A DNA stretch of 64,000 bases from Sedimentisphaerales bacterium (GTDB lineage: Bacteria; Planctomycetota; Phycisphaerae; Sedimentisphaerales; SM23-30): assembly GCA_963663805.2 (NCBI GenBank), contig CAXXMR010000019.1, forward strand, positions 64,001-128,000. Direction: 5' to 3'. Shown here piece after piece: positions 18,735 through 29,287 of the stretch; position 1 is the stretch's first letter; each line of letters starts with the position of its first letter. The translations under genes were made by a program, and so were the position numbers. The notes beneath the pieces are model-generated. The model searched no databases, had not been told where the DNA came from, and saw nothing but the letters and a program-made list of their open reading frames with translations.

Positions 18735-19628
18735 ATGAGAATTCTGGTAAGACGTGGCCATTCGCTGGTCAATGATTTACGCTTCGAAAAAGGGACTATT
18801 TATATCGGTCGTCAGCCGAAAAGTCAGATATTTTTGCCTGACCAGTCGGTTTCTCGTCAGCACGCGGTGCTGGTGCAGAATCATGACGGGGATTGGATGA
18901 TTCGTGATCTTGATTCGGCGAATCGGACGTTAGTTAATGGCCGGCCCGTCAGTAAGATGCCGTTGCATGAGGGCGATATTATCGGAATATCGGACTTTAT
19001 TCTGGAAGTGCATTTCGAGGCTACGAAATCCGCTCAGGCGGACAGTCAGCCGCTGGACCTGGGCGAGACCGTGGTGGGAATGAAAGCGGAGCAGCCTTCG
19101 GTTTTTCAAACGAAGTATCAGGGAAACGCATATTTAAGATTGAGTTGTGACCGGTTAGGGGATTTTTATAAATTATGCCTGACGCTGAACGGGGAAACTG
19201 ACGAGGAAGTGTTGTTGCGGGATTTGATGGAGCTGCTTCTGGAACAATTTGACGCTTATCATGTCTGGGGCGGCCTGCGTGAGACTACCAGCGGGCCTTT
19301 GACCTGTCACGGCGGGTGTCGGCGGGGCGGCGGCAATGTTTCGCTGGAAGATTTAATCGGCCGGAAGATACTCAAACAGGCAATCGAGAAAGAATCTTAT
19401 ATCCTGCTGCCCAATGTTATGGACGCGGTCAACCCGGACGATTCACATGCCGGCGATTTGACCCGGCTTCATTCAGCGATGTCGGTGCCGATCGTTGGGC
19501 CGGCGGGTGCTTATGGGGTATTGTATGTTGATAACGGTGTGGACCAGGCGGCTTATACGCGACAGGATTTGGATTACCTTACGATAATCAGCACGTTTGT
19601 GGCAGCATTGTCTGAGCATATCGCGTAA
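18735..19628 (+). CDS. FHA + GAF domain protein
   Basis: IGR, VSRQHA, DLDSANRT.VNG (FHA); SAMSVPI...GVLYVDN...YT..DL (GAF). Confidence 0.88.
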   Translation: MRILVRRGHSLVNDLRFEKGTIYIGRQPKSQIFLPDQSVSRQHAVLVQNHDGDWMIRDLDSANRTLVNGRPVSKMPLHEGDIIGISDFILEVHFEATKSAQADSQPLDLGETVVGMKAEQPSVFQTKYQGNAYLRLSCDRLGDFYKLCLTLNGETDEEVLLRDLMELLLEQFDAYHVWGGLRETTSGPLTCHGGCRRGGGNVSLEDLIGRKILKQAIEKESYILLPNVMDAVNPDDSHAGDLTRLHSAMSVPIVGPAGAYGVLYVDNGVDQAAYTRQDLDYLTIISTFVAALSEHIA

Positions 19629-19727
19629 ATAGCCATAAAGGATAAGTGCCGCCTTTGGCGATGCTGTTTTATCTGCGTGGGTGTTGGTTCGCCCTACAGG
19701 CAGAGCCGTGAAATTCGATTTGGATTT

Positions 19728-21080
19728 TTAGAGGTCGTACTCTTTGATTTTTCTATAGAGTGTTCGTTCGCCGATGCCCAGCATTTTGGCAGCGGTTTCC
19801 CGGTTGCCGTCTACCATTTCGAGGGTGCGTTGGATAGCGGCTTTTTCGAGTTCGTTGAGGTTCATGCCGGCCAGGTCGCTTAGTTCTCCGCTGCTGGCGC
19901 TCTGGTGCATTTCGAATGGTAAATCAGTAACGTCGAGCAGTTCCTTTTCGGCGAGTACTACCATGGTCTTGACGCAGTTTCTCAGTTCACGAACATTGCC
20001 GGGCCAGTCGAAACCTTTCATCAGTCGCGCCGCGGACGGGGTGAAGCCTTTGACTTTGATGTCTTCGGAGTTACTAAACTCGGAAAGAAAATGTTCGGCC
20101 AGGGGCATGATGTCTTCACGCCGATTTCGCAGCGGCGGGATTTCGATGTCCACACCGCGGATTCGGTAATATAAATCCTGGCGGAATTTTTTTTCCTCCA
20201 CGGCTTTTTCCAGATTCTGATTGGTGGCGCTTACGATTCTTACATCGACCTTAAAGCCCTGAGTGCTGCCGACCGGTACAACGATCTGGTCTTCAAGTAT
20301 ACGCAGTAATTTGGCCTGCATCGTGAGAGGCATGTCCCCAATTTCGTCGAGGAACAGAGTGCCGCCGTCGGCCATTGCGAAGAAACCCTTGCGGTCACCC
20401 ATTGCTCCAGTGAAAGCTCCTTTGACATGGCCGAAGAGTTCGCTTTCGAGCAGGGTGTCGCTCAGGCCGGCGCAGTTGACTGGTTGGAAGGGGGCGCTTT
20501 TGCGTGGTGAATTATTGTGTATGGCAGTTGCCATGAGTTCCTTGCCGACGCCGCTTTGGCCGGTTATGAGGACGGGGATGTCACTTTTGGCGGCACGGCG
20601 TAAGGTGTCGAGTATTTTCAGCATCGCCTGGGACTGACCGACCAGCCCCTCGAAGCCGAATTTGTCGTCGAGTCTTTCTTTGAGACGCTGATTCTCGCGG
20701 CGCAGTCGGACGCGTTCTACGCCGCGTCTAACAACGTCGCGGAGGTCTTCGAGTCCGATAGGTTTTTCAATATATTCGAACGCTCCTTCACGCAGTGCAG
20801 TTTTGCAGGTTTCGATTGAACTATGAGCGGTAATCAGGACAACGCTGCATAGTCCATCTTTCTTTGATATTTCCGAGACAATGGCCAGGCCATCGACCGC
20901 TCCGCCGAGCTTGAGGTCGGTTACGACCATGTACGGGTCGTCACTTTTGAGGCGTTCGAGCCCTTCTTCGCCGCTGTTGGCAACGGTTACGAGATAACCT
21001 TCGCGTTCGAGAGCTTCGGCCATGATGTCGGCGTGCCCTGTTTCGTCTTCAACTATCAATACGGGTATTTTTTTATCCAT
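19728..21080 (-). CDS. sigma54-dependent response regulator (NtrC/AtoC family)
   Basis: Receiver; GQSGVGKE; ESELFGHVKGAFTGA; WPGNVREL; Fis HTH. Confidence 0.96.
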   Translation of the reverse strand: MDKKIPVLIVEDETGHADIMAEALEREGYLVTVANSGEEGLERLKSDDPYMVVTDLKLGGAVDGLAIVSEISKKDGLCSVVLITAHSSIETCKTALREGAFEYIEKPIGLEDLRDVVRRGVERVRLRRENQRLKERLDDKFGFEGLVGQSQAMLKILDTLRRAAKSDIPVLITGQSGVGKELMATAIHNNSPRKSAPFQPVNCAGLSDTLLESELFGHVKGAFTGAMGDRKGFFAMADGGTLFLDEIGDMPLTMQAKLLRILEDQIVVPVGSTQGFKVDVRIVSATNQNLEKAVEEKKFRQDLYYRIRGVDIEIPPLRNRREDIMPLAEHFLSEFSNSEDIKVKGFTPSAARLMKGFDWPGNVRELRNCVKTMVVLAEKELLDVTDLPFEMHQSASSGELSDLAGMNLNELEKAAIQRTLEMVDGNRETAAKMLGIGERTLYRKIKEYDL

Positions 21081-21081
21081 T

Positions 21082-21936
21082 TTATTCTGTTATGGGTAGG
21101 GCTATTAGGAAGCGTGTTCCTTTGCCGGGTTCGCTGTCGAGTTCTATGTGGCCGCCGTGTTCTTCGATTATTCTTCGGCAGGTTGGCAGGCCAAGTCCTG
21201 TCCCGCCGCTTCGGGTAGTATAATAGGCGTCGAAGACTTTGTCACGCATTTCGTCGGGGATGCCGGCGCCGGTATCGATTATTTCGATTCGGGCTTCGTT
21301 ATCGCCGAGGCTGCTGCGGACCATGAGTTCGCCGCCTTGGTTCATCGCCTGGGTGGCGTTGATGAACAAATTCAGTATAGCTTGTTTTATCAAATCAACG
21401 TCGATGCGGCATATCGCCGCTTCGGGGCTGAGGCATTGTCGCATCTGAACGTTTTTGGTCAGGGCCTGCGGTTCGTAAAAATCTATGAGATCTTCCAGAA
21501 TTTCGTTGATGTCCTGGCGGACAAGATGGAGCTCCATCTTACCGGCGTAACGCAGAAAATCGGTGAGGGTTTCGGCGAGCCTTTGGGCTTCAGCGGTTAT
21601 GGCTTTTAGTTTGCGGCCCTGTCGTTCGAAGAAACGTACCGGGTCGTCGAGGTTCTCGGCGTGGACCTTGCCGTCTCGCGCCGCCTGGGCCAGGTCATCG
21701 ACATCTTCGGCCAGTAGCTGTAAGTTGAGTTTGATAGTCGATAGCGGATTGCGAATTTCGTGGGCGAGATGCCCGGTAAGTGTCCCTAATTCGGCGAGTT
21801 TTTCAGCACTGCGGGTGCGGGCCAGCAGCTTTTTCCCCTGATGGCGCATGCGGCGCAGATAGCGAGCCATAATTCGCCATACTGTCAGGCCTGCCAGAAG
21901 GCCGCCGACCAGAAATCCTATTGTCATTTCAACCAT
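21082..21936 (-). CDS. Sensor histidine kinase (single TM)
   Basis: LAHEIRNPL; NLFINA; DTGAGI; GTGLGL. Confidence 0.95.
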   Translation of the reverse strand: MVEMTIGFLVGGLLAGLTVWRIMARYLRRMRHQGKKLLARTRSAEKLAELGTLTGHLAHEIRNPLSTIKLNLQLLAEDVDDLAQAARDGKVHAENLDDPVRFFERQGRKLKAITAEAQRLAETLTDFLRYAGKMELHLVRQDINEILEDLIDFYEPQALTKNVQMRQCLSPEAAICRIDVDLIKQAILNLFINATQAMNQGGELMVRSSLGDNEARIEIIDTGAGIPDEMRDKVFDAYYTTRSGGTGLGLPTCRRIIEEHGGHIELDSEPGKGTRFLIALPITE

Positions 21937-21961
21937 AATATTTACGGCACTGCCACAAGAG

Positions 21962-22003
21962 AAAAAAAGAGGCCTCTGCCAAAACGAATTTCACCAGAGG
22001 CCT
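21962..22003 (-). terminator. Terminator after pnp
   Basis: Stem AGGCCTCTG/CAGAGGCCT with a U-run on the minus strand. Confidence 0.7.
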
Positions 22004-22039
22004 TAACATTGCGGAATAACTAATCTATCAAAAAATCAA

Positions 22040-24145
22040 TTAAGACTCCTGCTCGGCCTGCTCTTTGAGTACGGCTTTGCGTGAGAGTTTGATGCGGCCC
22101 TGTTCGTCGATGGCGATGACCTTGACCTGGAACTCATCGTTCATCTTGCAGACATCGTCTACCGACTGGACATACTGGTCGGACAGTTCGCTGATATGGC
22201 AAAGCCCTTCCTTGCCCGGGGCGATTTCGATGAAAGCACCGAAGTCTTTAGTGGCAACCACTCTGCCGTCATATACCCTGCCGATATGCACCGGCTCGGT
22301 CATCAGCTGGATGATTTGCTGGGCCCGGAGATGGCCGTCGCCGCCGACGGTGGAGATGTAAATCGTGCCGTCGTCGTCGATTTCGATATTAGAATCGGTG
22401 GTTTCCTGAATACGTTTGATTTCCTTGCCGCCCGGTCCGATGATCTTGCCAATCATATCGACCGGAATCTTCATGGTGAGCATCTTCGGAGCGTAAATCG
22501 AAAGGTCGGCACGCGGCTCAGAAATGACCGCCAGCATGGTTTTTAGGATATGAATACGTGCCTCTTTGGCACGGACGAAAACTTCGCGAATGATATTGTT
22601 GGCCAGACCACGGGCCTTGAGGTCGAGCTGGATGCCGGTGATACCCTTTTGGGTTCCGGCAACCTTGAAGTCCATATCGCCATAGTGGTCCTCTTCGCCG
22701 AGGATGTCGGTCAGGAGATGATAATCATCGCCTTTGGAGACCATACCGATTGAAATGCCCGCTACGGGGTGTTTGATGGGCACGCCGGCATCCATCATCG
22801 CCAGGGTTCCGCCGCAGACACTTGCCATGGAGCTGGAACCGTTGGACTCCATAATATCGGAGTTGATTTTAATGGTGTAGGGGAAAACATCCTTGCCGGG
22901 AACTACCGGACGCAGGCTGCGCTCAGCCAAAGCACCGTGTCCGATTTCGCGGCGACCGGGGCCCATAATGCGGCGACACTCACCTACGCAGAAAGGCGGG
23001 AAGTTATAATGCAGCATGAACGACTGGCGATATTCTTCGCGAATTCCGTCGATAATCTGTTCGTCGCCGGGAGTACCCAAAGTGGCGGTAACGAGCGACT
23101 GGGTTTCGCCGCGGGTGAACAAAGCCGAACCATGTGTGCGGGGTAGCAATGCAACCTCGCCGCTGAGTTCGCGAACCTGGTCCATCGCCCGTCCGGCGGC
23201 GCGACGGCCTGCCATGAGCTCCTGACGGATGACTTCTTCTTCAAAATCCTCAATGGCCATACGTACCAGTTCGGGTGAAAATTTCGGTTCGGGATTATCT
23301 TCGGGGCAAACCTCGGCTTTGAATTCATCGAACAACGCTTTCATCGCGTCCTGGCGCTCGAGCTTACCTTTCAGGGTACGATTTTCCAGATAGCGATCTT
23401 TGAGCTTACCCATCATCATCTCTACCAGCTCGCTGGTGTCGGGTGATTCAAAAGCGTATTTTTCCTTGCCGCAATCGGCCTGGAGTTCGGCAATCATCTC
23501 GCATACTTCAATGATGACCTTGTGCCCAAGCTCTATGGCTTCAGTAACGACTTCTTCGCTTAGCTCAGAGGCTTCCAGCTCTATCATATTGACGGCTTCT
23601 TTATGGCCGCTCAGAACCAGGTCCATGTCGGATTCCTGCATCTGCTGGTCGGTCGGATTGATTACGAATTCTTCGTTGATTCTGCCCACGCGGACGGTTC
23701 CGGTGGGGCCGTCGAACGGAATATCAGAAATGCACAACGCAGCTGAAGCGCCAACCATGGCTAAAATATCGGGGTCGTTCTGGCGGTCGGCTGAAAGCAC
23801 GATGGCTTGAATCTGCACTTCGTTGCGGAATCCTTTGGGGAACAACGGACGCGAGGGCCGGTCGATGTTCCGCATGGTGAGGATCTCTTTAGTACTCGGC
23901 CTACCTTCACGTTTGATGAAGCCGCCGGGGAAACGACCCGCCGCCGAGGTTTTCTCGCGATAGTCTACCGTCAGCGGAAAAAAATCTATTCCTTCACGCG
24001 GCTTATCCGATACCGCCGTGACCAATACGACTGTGCCACCGTAAGTTACCATGACCGCGCCTGCTGCCTGCTTGGCAATCTTGCCGGTCTCGATGGACAT
24101 TATCCTGCCCCCAATTTCACGTTCTACCTTCTTCACAATTGACAT
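22040..24145 (-). CDS. pnp: Polyribonucleotide nucleotidyltransferase
   Basis: FFPLTVDYRE, HGSALFTRGETQ, ESNGSSSMAS, GDMDFKVAG; KH and S1 domains. Confidence 0.98.
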   Translation of the reverse strand: MSIVKKVEREIGGRIMSIETGKIAKQAAGAVMVTYGGTVVLVTAVSDKPREGIDFFPLTVDYREKTSAAGRFPGGFIKREGRPSTKEILTMRNIDRPSRPLFPKGFRNEVQIQAIVLSADRQNDPDILAMVGASAALCISDIPFDGPTGTVRVGRINEEFVINPTDQQMQESDMDLVLSGHKEAVNMIELEASELSEEVVTEAIELGHKVIIEVCEMIAELQADCGKEKYAFESPDTSELVEMMMGKLKDRYLENRTLKGKLERQDAMKALFDEFKAEVCPEDNPEPKFSPELVRMAIEDFEEEVIRQELMAGRRAAGRAMDQVRELSGEVALLPRTHGSALFTRGETQSLVTATLGTPGDEQIIDGIREEYRQSFMLHYNFPPFCVGECRRIMGPGRREIGHGALAERSLRPVVPGKDVFPYTIKINSDIMESNGSSSMASVCGGTLAMMDAGVPIKHPVAGISIGMVSKGDDYHLLTDILGEEDHYGDMDFKVAGTQKGITGIQLDLKARGLANNIIREVFVRAKEARIHILKTMLAVISEPRADLSIYAPKMLTMKIPVDMIGKIIGPGGKEIKRIQETTDSNIEIDDDGTIYISTVGGDGHLRAQQIIQLMTEPVHIGRVYDGRVVATKDFGAFIEIAPGKEGLCHISELSDQYVQSVDDVCKMNDEFQVKVIAIDEQGRIKLSRKAVLKEQAEQES

Positions 24146-24438
24146 TACTTTACCTGCTTTCTTTCCGTCTTTCCGTCATACCTGCTTGACTTGACTAATT
24201 TTCTTCTTACCAGTTACCGACAACAAGATGCTTAACTGAGATGAAACATTTATTACAAAACTTATACAACAAATTTAAGTGGCCCGTTCAACGCGCATAA
24301 AACCAACGGCGTGACTCCGTCTTACCACAGAACACGCCTGGTCGAATCCCCGATGAAATGTATTCTCTGGAACTATCGTCCTGAACATTTCCCGGATGCC
24401 ATTTCGAAATCGCGGCACCAGTCTTTTGTTTCACGGAA

Positions 24439-24705
24439 TTATTTACGCAGACCCAGGCGACCAATCAGAGTCGTATACCGATCACGGTCTACGTTGGCCA
24501 GATATTTCAATAAACCCGAACGCTTACCGACCATTTTCAGCAGGCCGCAGCGAGAGGTGTGATCTTTTTTGTGGGATTTCAGATGCTCGGTGAGTTCTTT
24601 GATGCGGGCGCTCAGAAGTGCGACCTGTACCTCTGGAGAACCTGTATCCCCCTCGTGAGTTGCATATTCTTTGATGACCGACTGTTTTTCTTCTTGCGTA
24701 ATCAT
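24439..24705 (-). CDS. rpsO: 30S ribosomal protein S15
   Basis: [21 protein letters not shown]; rpsO-pnp synteny. Confidence 0.98.
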   Translation of the reverse strand: MITQEEKQSVIKEYATHEGDTGSPEVQVALLSARIKELTEHLKSHKKDHTSRCGLLKMVGKRSGLLKYLANVDRDRYTTLIGRLGLRK

Positions 24706-24890
24706 TTCGCGTTCCTTCCCCGGCCAGCCCGAACGACGGAACCTGCCAGATAGAAGTCCTATCCTATAATGGCCTGATAAACATTACTTCATCGGCGAAC
24801 ACCGCCGAATCAGACCATAAACAAGGCGTGAATATAGCAAACCTGGGTTTCCAAAGCAATACATTTTTAATCCTGACAGTTATCGGACTA

Positions 24891-25718
24891 TCAGGAAAAG
24901 TTGCATATGCTCAGGATTTTTCCGCTGTCGTCAGCAATTATCGTTTGGCCGGGGGCGACAACCAGAAAATCCTCAACGCTCCAATTGCCGCTGATGAGTC
25001 TTCTCAGCAGGTTCAAATCGCCATCGACGGATTCGAAAGACCAGTTGCGTTTTTGGGCTTCCTGTTGGGCCAGGTCTTCATATTCCTTGTCCGATGGCAA
25101 GCCCATCCTTATATATGTTATTCTCTCGTACTTTTCCTGCCAGCCGCCCATGCTCTCCATGATGAATTTGGCGTTATCCTGGCCGTACATTTCTACATAT
25201 TCTTCGTAAGTCTTGTCCAGGCCAAGCTTTGACATTACTGTCTGCGACTCCATGTCTTCGTAATCGCCACGCTCGGACCAACCGGTAGTGCGGAAATACG
25301 TGCCGGGATGAGAGTTGAAATAGTCATTATACGCCTGTTGAGAGCCGAAGAAGAAGGTTATGCAGTCGTGGGCACGGGGGATGACCAGGGGAGTTTTTTT
25401 TGTCGTCAGGCCCGCGACTCCGTTGTTACAACGCCCGTAGCCCAGCAGAATAGCGTCGTAACCTTTTTCATCCAAATCGGTTATGTGTTCCTGTAGTCGT
25501 TCGGACATTTTCTCTTGCCCCATGTCGTGCAGGCCCTTGGGCAGAAAATTAACATCCACTATATTTTCAGACTCCGCGGCAAGCAGACACGCTTCCCGGT
25601 AGATTATCTCGCAGGAGAGCAGCACATAACGCTTTTTGCCAGATGCTTTCAGGGCGTCGGAGCAGATACCGTGACCGTCAAAAAAACTTTTCATCAATAA
25701 GTATTCCAGTATCGTCAA
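24891..25718 (-). CDS. DUF1638-family protein
   Basis: LPKGLH, YDAILLGYGRC.NG, PRAHDCI.FF.GS, TYF.T.GW; start uncertain. Confidence 0.8.
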   Translation of the reverse strand: MTILEYLLMKSFFDGHGICSDALKASGKKRYVLLSCEIIYREACLLAAESENIVDVNFLPKGLHDMGQEKMSERLQEHITDLDEKGYDAILLGYGRCNNGVAGLTTKKTPLVIPRAHDCITFFFGSQQAYNDYFNSHPGTYFRTTGWSERGDYEDMESQTVMSKLGLDKTYEEYVEMYGQDNAKFIMESMGGWQEKYERITYIRMGLPSDKEYEDLAQQEAQKRNWSFESVDGDLNLLRRLISGNWSVEDFLVVAPGQTIIADDSGKILSICNFS

Positions 25719-25739
25719 CCTGCCCGGAGGGGGCAGGTA

Positions 25740-26723
25740 TCAGACCCATTTATTGCCGACAACTTCCTCGGCGTGGTAGGTGATTATCAGGTCCGCACCG
25801 GACCGCTTGAAACCGGTCAGGATTTCCATGACGACGGATTGTTCGTCAATCCAGCCTTTTTCGACCGCGGCTTTGACCATGGCATATTCACCTGAAACAT
25901 TATAGGCAGCGGTGGGAATCTTGAATGTGTCTTTAACCTGCCTGATTATGTCCAGATATGCCAGACCAGGCTTGACCATTACGATGTCCGCTCCTTCGGA
26001 TATGTCACGCTCGACTTCGCGGAGAGCTTCCTCGGAGTTGGCCGGGTCCATCTGATGGCTGCGTCGGTCGCCGGATTTGGGGGCACCCTCGGCGGCTTCG
26101 CGGAACGGGCCATAAAAGCTCGAAGCGTATTTCGCTGCATAGCTCATAATCGGCAGTGAATCGAAACCTTCGTTGTCCAGTGCCGTTCGGATAGTTCCTA
26201 CCGCACCATCAATCATCCCGGACGGAGCCAGCATATCCGCTCCGGCGTGGGCGTGGGAAAGGGCCTGCTTGGTGAGATTTTCCAGGCTGGCGGCCTGGTC
26301 AATTTTGCCATCTTCGTCCAGAATACCGCAATGGCCGTGGTCGGTATATTCGCAGAAACAGACATCGGTGATTACCAGAAGGTCGGGTATCTGATATTTC
26401 AGTTCGCGGACCGCCTGCTGGATGATGCCAGTGTCACAAAAGCTGTCCGAGCCAAGCGAGTCTTTCCGGGCAGGGATGCCAAACAGCAGTACAGCCTTAA
26501 TGCCTAGGTCATAAATTCGGCGAGCTTTATCGCCTAGTAAATCTACGGAAATCTGTTCCTGGCCCGGCATCGAGGAGATGGGGTGGCGGACACATTTGCC
26601 ATGATGCACGAACAGCGGGGCAATCAAATCCTCTATTCGTACATGATTTTCCCGGACCATGCTTCGCAGAGCGGGGCCAGAACGTAGTCGGCTGAGCCTT
26701 TCGTATTTCTTTTTCATATTCAT
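25740..26723 (-). CDS. hemB: Porphobilinogen synthase (ALA dehydratase)
   Basis: DVCFCEYTDHGHCG, APSGM.DG, FYGPFR, MVKPG, YNVSGEY. Confidence 0.98.
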   Translation of the reverse strand: MNMKKKYERLSRLRSGPALRSMVRENHVRIEDLIAPLFVHHGKCVRHPISSMPGQEQISVDLLGDKARRIYDLGIKAVLLFGIPARKDSLGSDSFCDTGIIQQAVRELKYQIPDLLVITDVCFCEYTDHGHCGILDEDGKIDQAASLENLTKQALSHAHAGADMLAPSGMIDGAVGTIRTALDNEGFDSLPIMSYAAKYASSFYGPFREAAEGAPKSGDRRSHQMDPANSEEALREVERDISEGADIVMVKPGLAYLDIIRQVKDTFKIPTAAYNVSGEYAMVKAAVEKGWIDEQSVVMEILTGFKRSGADLIITYHAEEVVGNKWV

Positions 26724-26871
26724 ATCATTACCCTCGGCGGACTAAAACTCCACTCAAAAATACGTTGCCCGGCATTTTACAAAAACTATACTATCGAGTA
26801 CTTTTTAGACCAAAATCATTAGAAAAAGGTGATATAGTATAGTCCAATCTTGCCAAAAACCTAAAAAAACA

Positions 26872-28320
26872 CAATCCTGTTCGGCACATTTATTGCTCAA
26901 ATACAGTTTTTCTGTGGTCTTTGCAGTTCATATGATTTAGCGGGGATTACCCCTCAGTGGGACTGTCGGCACTGGTTATTTTGGCGCAGCATCAGCGGCA
27001 GCGGCGATTTTTTTGAGGATCGGCCTTAGTTTTGGCTTTGGAGTTTATTGATATGGTTCTGCATTTCTTGCTCGTCGGCCATGCCGCAGAGGTGCCAGCA
27101 GAGCATTTCGTAGGTTCTTAAAGTTGGTTTTTTGCCCGTCCACAGGCTGATCAGCATACAGGCGATAATCGCGGCGTACATCTGTAGTTCGATACCGTTT
27201 TCGCAGAGGCTTAGCAGATGTCGGCAGCCCAGCACATGCTTAAAAAAGCGGAAAAATATTTCGATGGCCCAGCGTTTCTGATAGAGCAGGGCAATGACTT
27301 CGGCGTCCAGGTCCAGCCGGTCGGTGGCAATCAAAATCATCTCACTCTGACGTGGTCCCTGGCCCCGTTTCAAATGCGGTTGACATTCAACCGCTATCAG
27401 GCGTAACGGTTGTTTGAAATCTTCCCGCAGTTTTTCACTGCTGCCGGCGATTACCGTACGATCAAAAATTATCCCCGCTTTTCGAGCATCTTCAGTTAAA
27501 GGTTTTTCCTGAATAGTTTCGTAAACCGTATCCTCACGCAGCCGACAGACAAAAGAGCTTTTACTATCCACAATGGCCTGAAACAGCTTAAAACAGGCAT
27601 ATCCGCGATCATTGACATAAATCCGGCCGGGCTGAAGATTCTCTAAAAAAACCTTTCGCTCATCAGACTTGTCTTCACTGATATTTATTTTCAGAGGCAC
27701 ATATTTTTCCAGATCAAACTGAGTGTGTGCTTTAATTCCGGGTTTGTCGGTGTCCCAGGCAGCCTGAGTGAGTTTTTGCAAAGCCTGAATACTGCTGCCG
27801 TCCACCAGGGTAATGACCTGACCGACTTCCAGTTTTTTGTCCTGAGATATCGGCCCTAACTGCTCAGTGAGTTGAGCGATTATCGGCTCTAACAAAGAAC
27901 TCTCAAAAACCCGGGATGCTTCCGAAAGCGAACCCAGCGAAGCACGCGAACAACCCAACAGCCGCTGTACCTTTTTGAGCTCGCCGGCCTGCTGCAAAGA
28001 CCGGATGGAACTGCAGATCGGATTGAACATGTATAACAGCAGCAGACTGACATACTGGTCCATGAATAATGTGCGATTGCCGGCCCGGTCCCGCTCACAT
28101 CCCGCCGAGTGAAGACCTTTCAGCAGAGCCGAGAGGGACTTGAAATACTTGAACCCACGCAGGTCCCGCTCCTTGATTTTCTGACGCTTAGCACTCATGC
28201 CTCCTATTAGAGCATAAATATCCCTCGAGCGCAAATTACCTATCTTAACATTTCGGGTTTTTTTTAAAAAAAATACAGGAGGCCAAAAGCCTAAAGCAAT
28301 AAATGTGCCGAACAGGATTG
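26872..28320 (-). mobile_element. IS4-family insertion sequence (1449 bp)
   Basis: Perfect 26-bp terminal inverted repeats CAATCCTGTTCGGCACATTTATTGCT (26872-26897 and 28295-28320) enclosing a DDE transposase. Confidence 0.93.
27026..28198 (-). CDS. IS4-family transposase
   Basis: LVDGS, DRGY, YQKRWAIEIFFRFFK (YREK signature); ATG 28198 preceded by AGGAGG. Confidence 0.93.
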   Translation of the reverse strand: MSAKRQKIKERDLRGFKYFKSLSALLKGLHSAGCERDRAGNRTLFMDQYVSLLLLYMFNPICSSIRSLQQAGELKKVQRLLGCSRASLGSLSEASRVFESSLLEPIIAQLTEQLGPISQDKKLEVGQVITLVDGSSIQALQKLTQAAWDTDKPGIKAHTQFDLEKYVPLKINISEDKSDERKVFLENLQPGRIYVNDRGYACFKLFQAIVDSKSSFVCRLREDTVYETIQEKPLTEDARKAGIIFDRTVIAGSSEKLREDFKQPLRLIAVECQPHLKRGQGPRQSEMILIATDRLDLDAEVIALLYQKRWAIEIFFRFFKHVLGCRHLLSLCENGIELQMYAAIIACMLISLWTGKKPTLRTYEMLCWHLCGMADEQEMQNHINKLQSQN

Positions 28321-28455
28321 CGAAAATCACCAAAAAATCACCTAGAACGAGGCTGATAATCAGGAATTTAAAAGAAAAAAGAAACTTCGCGGTGGAAATC
28401 CCATAGTGGGTTTGGGTTTGATAGTGGGTGGTAGGTCCTAAAGTATATCATTTTC

Positions 28456-28484
28456 TTGACAAATCTGTTTCATTCTGGTAAGGT
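28456..28484 (+). promoter_or_regulatory. sigma70-type promoter of the GH25 gene
   Basis: TTGACA-N17-TAAGGT with extended TG. Confidence 0.6.
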
Positions 28485-28534
28485 AGTGGTGGAGAGTGTT
28501 GTTAGCAGTAATGTTTTTGGAACGGGAGAGAGCC

Positions 28535-29287
28535 ATGAAGCGGTATAATCGCGGTATTTTGTCTATTTTAACGGTTGTTGTTTGTTTTGTGTCTGGGGTA
28601 CGGGCCGATTATATGGCGGGAATTGATGTCTCGCATTACCAGGGGACAATAAACTGGAACAGTGTTGCTGCGGCGGGCAAAGAATTTGCGTTTGTAAAGG
28701 CCACGCAGGGGGTGGATTATGTTGACTCCATGTTTCTTACCAATGTTACCGGTGCCCACGCGGCGGGGTTGTTGACCGGAACTTACCACTACGCTACGCC
28801 TTATACCGGCGGGGCGATGGATGCCGCTCAGGAAGCCGCTGATTATGCCGCGGCTATTAGCCCTTATCTTACCGATGGTTATCTTCGTCCGGTCCTTGAT
28901 ATCGAAAGTGGTTATGCTTTAGGCAAGTCGGTACTGTCCAACTGGATTAACGTTTTTCAATCGACAATGGTTACGCTGACTGGTTACGAGCCGATTATTT
29001 ATTGCAACTCCAATTACGCCAGTAATTATTTCGATATCTCCATCGCGAACTATGACCTCTGGATAGCCCGCTGGTCCACGACCGAGCCCACCAGCAGTAC
29101 TTGTGGCGTGTGGGACGACTGGAGTTTCTGGCAATATTCCGACAGTGGTTCGGTCAGTGGCATTTCCGGTGCAGTTGACCTGAATTATTTCAAGGGTGAT
29201 ATAGGTGCTTTTATGGTTCCTGAACCTTTGACACTTACTTTGCTGGCGGCTGGTGCTTTTGTCATCAGAAAAAAACGTCGGCGTTAA
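28535..29287 (+). CDS. GH25 muramidase (Cellosyl-like lysozyme) with PEP-CTERM anchor
   Basis: GIDVSHYQG, FVKATQG, TYHY, VLDIE, FWQYS, VDLN; signal peptide; VPEP-TM-RKKRRR. Confidence 0.92.
   Translation: MKRYNRGILSILTVVVCFVSGVRADYMAGIDVSHYQGTINWNSVAAAGKEFAFVKATQGVDYVDSMFLTNVTGAHAAGLLTGTYHYATPYTGGAMDAAQEAADYAAAISPYLTDGYLRPVLDIESGYALGKSVLSNWINVFQSTMVTLTGYEPIIYCNSNYASNYFDISIANYDLWIARWSTTEPTSSTCGVWDDWSFWQYSDSGSVSGISGAVDLNYFKGDIGAFMVPEPLTLTLLAAGAFVIRKKRRR

Noticed and set aside
24146..24438. Possible sRNA between rpsO and pnp
   Set aside because: Hairpins are adequately explained by the usual rpsO-pnp processing leader; no independent support
28199..28333. N-terminal extension of the transposase in the ORF track
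   Set aside because: Extends through and beyond the terminal inverted repeat; ATG 28198 has a strong SD
28535..29287. Prophage endolysin
   Set aside because: Has a signal peptide and PEP-CTERM tail; no holin or phage genes nearby
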